Below are positions 8,623-15,037 of a DNA stretch of 30,466 nt, in pieces. How positions within the stretch are numbered: the stretch's first letter is position 1; each line of letters starts with the position of its first letter. Position numbers and translations under genes: made by a program. The stretch is from positions 1 through 30,466 of the forward strand of contig JBQTGV010000159.1 of the NCBI GenBank assembly GCA_052390515.1, in the 5' to 3' direction. A model generated the notes under the pieces. The model was not told the origin of the DNA. It did not search any database and was given only the letters and a program-made list of their open reading frames with translations. This stretch comes from Candidatus Eiseniibacteriota bacterium (lineage in GTDB: Bacteria > ARS69).

Positions 8623-9761
8623 AGGCCGAGACCTCGGGCGATGATGTTGCGCTGGATGTCGTTCGTGCCGGAGTAGAAGAGTGCACCGAGACCGTCGCGG
8701 AGGTCCCGCTCCACCTCCTGCTCGGTCATGTACGAGTAGGAGCCGAGCGTGCGCATCGCGTCGAGGCAGGAGGCCACGAAGCACTCGGAGACGTGCAGCT
8801 TCGCCACGGCCGCCTCGATGCGCGCGTTCTTCCCCGCGTCCTTGAGCTGCCCGATGCGGTAGACGAGCGGCCGGCAGACGTCGAGGCGGATCCTCATGTC
8901 CACGATGCGGTTCGCTACCGTCTGGTACTTGCCGATGGCGTGGCCGAACTGCTTGCGCTCGCGGGCGTAGCGGATGCTCTCCTCCAGCAGGCGGCGCATC
9001 GTGCCGAGCTGCCCGGCGAGGATGCAGCCGCGCTCCCACTCCATGGAGCAGTCGAAGACCGCGCCTCCTCGCCCTTCCTTGCCGAGCCGCCGGTCGTCGG
9101 ATACGAAGCACTCGTCGAACACCACTTCGGCCATGGGCGACGTCCGCAGCCCCATCTTGTCGAGCGGACGCGGGATGGAGACGCCCTTCATCTTCGGGTC
9201 GATGATGAACGCGGTGACGCCCGTCGCGCCGAGCGAGGGGTCGATCGTCGCGTAGGCGACGAGCACGTCGGCCACGGGCGCGTTGGTGATGAACATCTTG
9301 GAGCCGCTGAGCACGTAGCCGCCGTCGACCTTCCGCGCACGTGTGGCCATGGCGAAGACGTCGGAGCCGGAGTCCGGTTCGGTGGCGGCGTTGCCGCCGA
9401 TCCAGTCGCCGTTGATGAGCTTCGGCAGGTACGCGCGCTTCTGCGCATCCGTGCCGTACTCGAGGATGGGGATGACCGCGGTCCAGAGATGCGCGTTGGC
9501 CGAGAAGATGAGGCCGGCGTCCCGGCAGCCGTAGCCGAGGCCTTCCATCACGGCGATGAGGTCGGTGAGGCCGACGTCGAGCCCGCCGTACTCCTCGGGA
9601 ACGGGCATGCCCAGGACGCCGAACTCGGCGAGCGCCCGCCAGCCCTCGCGGTCGAAGCGCTCGTGGCGGTCCCGCTCGATCATGTCGCGGCCCAGCTTGC
9701 CCCGGGCGAGCTGGACGGCGGCGTCCTGCAGCTTGGATTGTTCTGCGGTCAGTTCGATCAT
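8619..9761 (-). CDS. Acyl-CoA dehydrogenase family flavoenzyme, predicted L-prolyl-carrier-protein dehydrogenase (PltE/RedW/PigA/AnaB-like; 380 aa)
   Basis: ATEPDSGSD, GSKMFITNAP, KMGLRTSP, RKQFG motifs. Candidate catalytic Glu243 in MEWER, and FYSGT instead of YEGT. Start MIELTAEQ at 9761 after AGGTGG. Confidence 0.88.
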   Translation of the reverse strand: MIELTAEQSKLQDAAVQLARGKLGRDMIERDRHERFDREGWRALAEFGVLGMPVPEEYGGLDVGLTDLIAVMEGLGYGCRDAGLIFSANAHLWTAVIPILEYGTDAQKRAYLPKLINGDWIGGNAATEPDSGSDVFAMATRARKVDGGYVLSGSKMFITNAPVADVLVAYATIDPSLGATGVTAFIIDPKMKGVSIPRPLDKMGLRTSPMAEVVFDECFVSDDRRLGKEGRGGAVFDCSMEWERGCILAGQLGTMRRLLEESIRYARERKQFGHAIGKYQTVANRIVDMRIRLDVCRPLVYRIGQLKDAGKNARIEAAVAKLHVSECFVASCLDAMRTLGSYSYMTEQEVERDLRDGLGALFYSGTNDIQRNIIARGLGL

Positions 9762-9821
9762 GGCGGCCCACCTATGTACCATTCCTGCAGGGTCTTCGGC
9801 AACCGCGCACGGCACCTGAAC

Positions 9822-9850
9822 TTGAGCGATTCCGACGCGGCGGGTAAGGT
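9822..9850 (+). promoter_or_regulatory. Possible promoter for the second SGNH gene, possibly leaderless
   Basis: TTGAGC (9822-9827), 17 nt, TAAGGT (9845-9850), 6 nt, ATG. TAAGGT could instead be a Shine-Dalgarno site. Confidence 0.35.
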
Positions 9851-9856
9851 CGGCCG

Positions 9857-10885
9857 ATGAAGCTCTCCGACGCGGCGACCTTTGCGACGAGCCTCCTCGT
9901 TGCCCTGACGGCGGCCGAAGTCGGGCTGCGCGTGGCCGACAAGTTCGAGCCCCCGAAGAATCCTCCCGAGTGCGGCTACTGGGACCCGCGCATCTGCGAG
10001 ATGTACGCGCCGGTCGAGGGCTACGGCTACGCGCTGCGGCCTTCGACGACGGTGACGTACGACTATCCGATGACGAACCCGCGGCGGATCACGGTGGTCT
10101 CGAACCGGCACGGGTTCCGCCAGAGTCGGGAGCTGGACGCGGTGGGCGGCGCGGGCGACTCCGACGGGGTGGGCGACACAGGCGACGCGGACGACCGGCG
10201 GCGCCTCCTGGTGCTCGGGGACTCGTTCGTATTCGGCGAGGGAGTGGAGGAGAGCGAACGCTTCACGGATGTCATGGAGACGATGTCGCCGGGGTGGCGC
10301 GTCGACAACCTCGGGATGACCGGCTGGGGACCGGATCTCATGCTGCGCGCGCTGGAAGAGGTGGGCGTCGCTCTTCGCCCCGAGGCCGTCCTCTTGTGTC
10401 TCTACACGCACGACTTCCGCCGCGTGCATCCGCTGTACGCCGGCGTCGGGTTTCGCATCCCGCGCTTCGAGCTGCGCGGCGAGGGGCTCGTGACGGTGCC
10501 GTATCCGCCGCCGCGGCTGTCGCAGAAGCTGCGCGTGCTCTGGGCGATGTCGCCGTCGCGGCTTTCGTACGAGAGCCCCATGTGGGACGTGCATGCCGCC
10601 ATCCTGGACCGCTTCCGCGGACTGGCCGCGCGGCACGACTTCGCGCTGCGCGTCGCGTTCCTGCCGGGACGCTCCGACGGCGATGCCGACCGCGAGCGGC
10701 GCGAGTGGCTCGCCCGCTACTGCGCGGGCCACGGCATCGCGTTCGTCGACCTGACCGAGCCGATCCTCTCTCGCCCGCGCGACGAGGTATTCATCGCCGG
10801 CGGGAACCCGCACTGGAGTCCCACGGGGCACCGCTTCGTGGCGGAGCGGCTTCGCGGCTGGGTGACGGGAGAGATCGCGCCGTAA
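9857..10885 (+). CDS. SGNH/GDSL-fold protein with N-terminal membrane anchor (342 aa)
   Basis: SLLVALTAAEVGLR anchor, NRHGFR, LLVLGDSFVFGEGV, VDNLGMTGWG, GNPHWSPTGH. Divergent from the dehydrogenase-MBOAT operon. Confidence 0.88.
   Translation: MKLSDAATFATSLLVALTAAEVGLRVADKFEPPKNPPECGYWDPRICEMYAPVEGYGYALRPSTTVTYDYPMTNPRRITVVSNRHGFRQSRELDAVGGAGDSDGVGDTGDADDRRRLLVLGDSFVFGEGVEESERFTDVMETMSPGWRVDNLGMTGWGPDLMLRALEEVGVALRPEAVLLCLYTHDFRRVHPLYAGVGFRIPRFELRGEGLVTVPYPPPRLSQKLRVLWAMSPSRLSYESPMWDVHAAILDRFRGLAARHDFALRVAFLPGRSDGDADRERREWLARYCAGHGIAFVDLTEPILSRPRDEVFIAGGNPHWSPTGHRFVAERLRGWVTGEIAP
10136..10189 (+). repeat. Imperfect in-frame 27-nt tandem duplication encoding a D/G-rich linker
   Basis: GACGCGGTGGGCGGCGCGGGCGACTCC / GACGGGGTGGGCGACACAGGCGACGCG (21/27 identical), encoding DAVGGAGDS DGVGDTGDA. 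Confidence 0.5.
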
Positions 10886-10897
10886 GCGCCGCGCCGG

Positions 10898-11167
10898 TCA
10901 AGGCTCGGCCGATTCCGCGGCCGGCCCGTCCGCATCGAACATGCGGTACTCGCGGACGGAGCCCGAGTCGTAGCGCAGCTCGTCGCCGAGCGAGTACGTG
11001 CCGAAGGCCGCGTCCTGGTAGTAGGACACGAGTCCGGCGGCGGGGTCGTCGAGGAGGAAGGGGAGCCGTGCGGCGAGGAACAGCGCGAGCGCGGCGACGG
11101 ACCGTTCGCCAGCGGTGCCACGCGGGTGCGGCTGCCGGCTCTGCCTCGGGCGGAGAGGCCATGGCAC
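10898..11167 (-). CDS. Hypothetical small membrane protein or gene fragment (up to 89 aa)
   Basis: Protein-like composition with one hydrophobic stretch (SVAALALFLAARLPFLL) followed by LVSYYQDAAFGTYSLGDE. Start uncertain. Confidence 0.35.
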   Translation of the reverse strand: MPWPLRPRQSRQPHPRGTAGERSVAALALFLAARLPFLLDDPAAGLVSYYQDAAFGTYSLGDELRYDSGSVREYRMFDADGPAAESAEP

Positions 11168-11212
11168 CGTCGAACCTGCCTCGCCGGACCCGCGCCCGTC
11201 ATCCCCGCCGCG

Positions 11213-11281
11213 GCCGAGGCTCAGCCCGGCGTGGACCTTCTCGACCGCGACAAGCTCTTCGATCTCATGAACGGCCGCTGA
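11213..11281 (+). pseudogene. C-terminal remnant of a VapB-type antitoxin
   Basis: Frame ending in TGA at 11279-11281, 2 nt before the vapC ATG, reads AEAQPGVDLLDRDKLFDLMNGR*. This resembles the PGVDL.DRD.L.DLM tail of VapB antitoxins. No recognisable N-terminal DNA-binding part upstream. Confidence 0.6.
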
Positions 11282-11283
11282 AG

Positions 11284-11718
11284 ATGCTAGCGGTCGACAC
11301 GAACGTGCTGGTCTTCGCCGAGATCACCACGTCGCCACATCACGCGCAGGCTCGCGCCGTTCTGACCGAGCTCGCGCAGGGCACCGTTCCGGGCCATTCC
11401 GTGGCCCTGCATCTACGAGTTCCTGCGGGTGGTCACGCATCCACGCGTGTTCCATCCGCCGGTGCCGTTGCGCCGCGCGCTGGAGGACGTGCGCGCCGCC
11501 TCCTGGACTCGCCGACGCTCGTCCTGCTGCAAGAGACCCCCAACCACGACGAGACGATGATGCGGGTCCTTCGAGAGTCCGAAGTGTCCGGCAACCTGAT
11601 TCACGATGCCCTCATCGCGGCGCTTTGCATCGAGCACGGAGTCCAGGAGCTCGTGACCGGGGACCGCGACTTCGGCCGGTTCAAGCCGCTGAAGACGCGG
11701 AACCCCTTCGAGGGGTGA
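11284..11718 (+). pseudogene. vapC: VapC/PIN-domain toxin with two compensating frameshifts
   Basis: MLAVDTNVLV N-terminus and GNLIHDALIAALCIEHGVQELVTGDRDF C-terminus share one frame. The conserved middle AIPWPCIYEFLRVVTHPRVFHPP...ALEDVR lies in another frame between ~11393 and ~11499. Confidence 0.8.
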
Positions 11719-11795
11719 GCCGAGGGTCTTCCTGTCAGGTGCTTCCTCTCTCGCCGCGTCTCACCGGATCGGAGCGAGCGGGACAGTTTGACCAC

Positions 11796-12218
11796 TCAGG
11801 GAACGACCGCGAATCCCTCCCGCCGCGCTGCCTCGCCGAGCCGCTTGTCGAGGCAGACGAACTCCCAGCCGAGCGGTTCGTCGTAGGCGGCGGTGAGCGC
11901 CGCACCGAGCTGGAACGCGTCCGCCGCCCGCAACGCGTGAGCGCCGAGAAGGCGCTTCGCCCTCAGCTTCACGGGTTCGATCACCGAGACCGTGTGCACT
12001 CCCTGCCAGAACGACTCGATGCGCTCGACGGCCTTCTGGACGTCGGCGGCATCGAGCACGCCGTCGCGTGCCAGCCGTGCGACGGCGGAGCGCATCTCGA
12101 CGTCGCTCAGGATCCAGGCGAGAACCGCTGAATCCCGCGAGTGCAATCGCCGAAGGGAAGCGGTGTGCTCGTGAGCCACGTGCAGTGCGACGAGCGCCGA
12201 CGAGTCCCAGAACCTCAC
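11796..12218 (-). CDS. vapC: Type II TA toxin, VapC/PIN domain (140 aa)
   Basis: MRFWDSSALV, VEMRSAV, LRAADAFQL, FVCLDKRLGEAARREGF acidic PIN motifs. GTG at 12218 overlaps the antitoxin stop (GTGA). Confidence 0.9.
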   Translation of the reverse strand: MRFWDSSALVALHVAHEHTASLRRLHSRDSAVLAWILSDVEMRSAVARLARDGVLDAADVQKAVERIESFWQGVHTVSVIEPVKLRAKRLLGAHALRAADAFQLGAALTAAYDEPLGWEFVCLDKRLGEAARREGFAVVP

Positions 12219-12499
12219 CGGTCCCGCTCTTCGATGAGCGCCTGGACTATGTCGCCGCGGCAAGGAATGGGAGGCTTTCGAAGCGCCGCCACGCCGCCGG
12301 TCCGGACCGGCCTGGTGATGATCCCGTCGCGAACCAGCCGCTCGACCGGGGAATCCGCGTCGGCGTCCTTGCCTCCGACGGATTGCAGGCGCGCCACCGG
12401 AATGGAGCGCTCCAGAACCAGGATGGTCTCGCCCCGCTTCACCAGACGCAGGTACTGGCTGAGGCGGTTCTTGAGCTCGGTGACGCTCACGCGGCGCAT
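12215..12499 (-). CDS. Type II TA antitoxin, Phd/YefM family (94 aa)
   Basis: VSVTELKNRLSQYLRLVKRGETILVLERSIPVARL is typical Phd/YefM. Directly upstream of vapC. Confidence 0.92.
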   Translation of the reverse strand: MRRVSVTELKNRLSQYLRLVKRGETILVLERSIPVARLQSVGGKDADADSPVERLVRDGIITRPVRTGGVAALRKPPIPCRGDIVQALIEERDR

Positions 12500-12505
12500 G
12501 AGGCT

Positions 12506-12534
12506 AGAATAGCCCGATCACGAGGGCCGGTCAA
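12506..12534 (-). promoter_or_regulatory. Sigma70-type promoter of the phd-vapC operon, likely leaderless
   Basis: TTGACC (12534-12529), 17 nt, TATTCT (12511-12506), 6 nt, ATG at 12499. No Shine-Dalgarno sequence. Confidence 0.7.
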
Positions 12535-12580
12535 GCCCGCGGCAGAACGTCCGAGGATCAGGCCGCGCGCTCGGAGCGTG

Positions 12581-13807
12581 CTACCGGACCACGACGATCC
12601 GGCGCGTCTCCGAGCGGCTCTCACCCTCGACCCGGAGGAAGTAGACCCCCGCCGCGAGGCGCCTGGCGTCGATGACCACGGTCCGGCGCTCCCCGTCGCC
12701 GAGGCCGGCGCTCAAGAGGCTCCGCACGCGCCGTCCGCCCACGTCGATCAGGTCGGCCTGCACGTGCTGCCGCCCGTCGACGGAGAGCTCGAACCGCCCG
12801 GTCGCCGCGATCGGCTGGGGCCACGGCCCGGACAGCGAGAACCCGGCCGCTGCTTCCAGGGCCGGCACGCCCGTCGGGTCGTAGCAGCCGCCGCCCGAAG
12901 TCTCGGAAACCGCGAGGTACCCTCCGGCTCCGGCCACGGTGTACTTCGAGTTGAGGACCATGTCCGCGGCGAAGAGGTCGGCGGTCGTCCCGCTGTCGAG
13001 CAAGCACCACGTCGAGCCGGCGTCGGTGCTGCGTAGCACGGTGCCGCCCTCGCCGACCGCGAGCATCCAATTCGCGTTCTGGGCGCTCGAATCCAGGTCG
13101 TGCAGGTCGGCGGTGGTGCCCGTGGCGATGGGCAACCACGTCTCGCCGGCGTCGGTGCTCCGGAGAAGGATGCCGCCTTCACCCGCGGCGAACAGCCAGC
13201 CGGCCGCGCCCTCCAGGTAGGCGTACAGGTTCGCCGTGGTGCCGCTGGGCTTCGCCACCCAGTTCGCTCCGCCGTCCACCGTCTTCAAGATGGTGCCGCC
13301 GTCGCCCACCGCGTACGCGAGGCTGGTGGAGAAACCGTTGCCGTCCCGGATCGCGGAGGTCGTGCCGCTGGACTGGAGGCTCCAGTTGTCGCCCCCGTCC
13401 GTCGACCGGTAGATGGAGCCGCCGGTGCCGCCGGCGAACGACGCCCCGCTGCTGCGGCTGAAGACCACGAAGTCCTCCGCGCTCGCGATGTCGCGACTCT
13501 CCCAGGACGCGGCGACGAGCCGGCGGACGGCGCCGCCCGCCCCGCTGATCCACGCCTGCCCGGCCGACGGCTGGTGCACGGCCAGGAGATCGTCGGTGGA
13601 TCCCACGCTGACGGGGGTCCAGACGAGCTGCGTCGGGTCGGACTGGGCGACGAAGCCGGCGTCGCCGACCACGTAGCGCTGCGAGTGGCTCGACTTCTCG
13701 ATCGCCCTCAAGCTCGCGGACGTTCCGAGCGGGATGACCGTCCAATCCTGGGCATGGGCAGATGGCGCGATCATCCCGACGATCGCGAGAATGGACCGGG
13801 CGCGCAT
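12581..13807 (-). CDS. Secreted Ycf48/BNR-repeat beta-propeller protein with C-terminal T9SS/FlgD-like sorting domain (408 aa)
   Basis: Signal peptide ending AHA-Q, repeated GxGGxI(L/Y)RSTDxGxxW units, C-terminal PWPQP...DVGGRRVRSL...LAAGVYFLRV. RBS AAGGAG. Confidence 0.88.
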   Translation of the reverse strand: MRARSILAIVGMIAPSAHAQDWTVIPLGTSASLRAIEKSSHSQRYVVGDAGFVAQSDPTQLVWTPVSVGSTDDLLAVHQPSAGQAWISGAGGAVRRLVAASWESRDIASAEDFVVFSRSSGASFAGGTGGSIYRSTDGGDNWSLQSSGTTSAIRDGNGFSTSLAYAVGDGGTILKTVDGGANWVAKPSGTTANLYAYLEGAAGWLFAAGEGGILLRSTDAGETWLPIATGTTADLHDLDSSAQNANWMLAVGEGGTVLRSTDAGSTWCLLDSGTTADLFAADMVLNSKYTVAGAGGYLAVSETSGGGCYDPTGVPALEAAAGFSLSGPWPQPIAATGRFELSVDGRQHVQADLIDVGGRRVRSLLSAGLGDGERRTVVIDARRLAAGVYFLRVEGESRSETRRIVVVR

Positions 13808-13957
13808 GGCTCTCTCCTTGACCGGGTCGGCTCGACCTCTCGCTCGTCAAATCGAGAACCGGGGCCGGCAGCCGCCACGCGCCACGGGCCGCGCGCCGTC
13901 CTGGGGGGAGATTGCGCCTTCGCGGGGATGCCGGATCAGCCAGGCCGGTCCATCCCG

Positions 13958-15022
13958 CTAGGCCGGCTCGAACCCGAGCCCCGGCCGCCCCGTCGGCCGG
14001 AGCACGCCGCCGTCCAGCAGCACCGCACCGGCCGCGGGATCACCGATCAGGTCCAGGTGCCCGTCCAGGTCCGCGTAGACCACATTGGACCGCGCCAGCG
14101 CGTAGTGCAGCCCGGCGGCGATGCCCAGCGCCGACTCGTCCATGCAGCCGACCATCACCTCGACGCCGGCCGCCCGCGCCACCGAATTGATGTGCAGCGC
14201 CTCGCCGATGCCGCCCACCTTCATGATCTTCACGTTGACGATGTCGGCGAGACCGCCGGCCGCAATCCGGAAGGCGTCCCGCACGTTCATCAGGCTCTCG
14301 TCGGCCATGACCGGAATGGACACGCCCGCGGTCACCTGGCCCAGCAGCGCGAGGTCACCCTTCGGCGTGGGCTGCTCGATCAGCTCGAGCCGCGCGGCGC
14401 GCGTCCGATCCACGAAGTCCAGCGCCTGCGCCACCGTGTATCCCTGGTTCGCGTCGAAGCGCAGCTCGACGCCGTCGCCCACGCGCTCTCGGACGCGGCG
14501 CACGCGCTCGACATCGCCCTCCGGGTCGAGCCCGCCCTTGATCTTGAGCCGGCGGACGCCGCGCGTCGTCCATCGAGCCGCAGCCTCGACCGTCGCCTCC
14601 GCCGGCAGGATGCCGATCGTGACGCTCGTCTCGATCGAGTCGCGGTAGCCGCCGAGGATCTTCCACAGCGGCAACCCCGCTGCCTGCCCCAGCAGATCGT
14701 GCAGCGCGATGTCGATTCCGGCGAGCGCGGCGGGCTGCCCGGCGAGCAGCGGCCTGAGCCGCTCCAGCAACCGCACGCGCGCCAGTGCGTCCTCGCCCCG
14801 GAGCACCGGCTCGATGACGTCGCGCACGGCGGCCAGCACTCCCGCCGGCGTCTCCCCGGTGACCGCCGCGTCCGGCGCGGCGCAGCCCCACGCCGTCGGG
14901 CCGCCGTCCGTGGTCAGCTTCAGGAACACGTTCGTCGTCGACGAGACGGTCTCGTACGCGATCGTGTACGGCTCCTCGAGACGCATCTCGACCGCCCACG
15001 CTTCGACGCCGGTGATTCGCAA
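13958..15022 (-). CDS. Enolase-superfamily dipeptide epimerase / N-acyl amino acid racemase (AEE/DgcA-like; 354 aa)
   Basis: KxK (LKIKG), metal ligands in RFDANQG, IEQP and ADES, second Lys in NVKIMK, and C-terminal DLDG. TTG start. Confidence 0.92.
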   Translation of the reverse strand: MRITGVEAWAVEMRLEEPYTIAYETVSSTTNVFLKLTTDGGPTAWGCAAPDAAVTGETPAGVLAAVRDVIEPVLRGEDALARVRLLERLRPLLAGQPAALAGIDIALHDLLGQAAGLPLWKILGGYRDSIETSVTIGILPAEATVEAAARWTTRGVRRLKIKGGLDPEGDVERVRRVRERVGDGVELRFDANQGYTVAQALDFVDRTRAARLELIEQPTPKGDLALLGQVTAGVSIPVMADESLMNVRDAFRIAAGGLADIVNVKIMKVGGIGEALHINSVARAAGVEVMVGCMDESALGIAAGLHYALARSNVVYADLDGHLDLIGDPAAGAVLLDGGVLRPTGRPGLGFEPA

Positions 15023-15037
15023 CGTCGCCTCGCCGCC

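Noticed and set aside
4310-9761. Ordinary dltABCD D-alanylation operon
   Set aside because: The A-domain code is proline-type, an acyl-CoA-dehydrogenase-like gene is translationally coupled to the MBOAT, and no DltX is evident.
7363-9771. 802-aa ORF read as one large MBOAT fusion
   Set aside because: The N-terminal ~380 codons are an off-frame read of the dehydrogenase gene. Protein-like sequence begins at the TTG at 8622.
9970-11718. 582-aa ORF ending in a PIN domain
   Set aside because: The upstream part is an off-frame read of the SGNH gene. The PIN gene starts at ATG 11284.
13818-13850. TTGAC-N23-GTCAA inverted repeat with an inner GGTCG/CGACC hairpin near the RBS
   Set aside because: Short arms are expected by chance at this GC content. 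There is no U-tract or recognisable riboswitch or operator.
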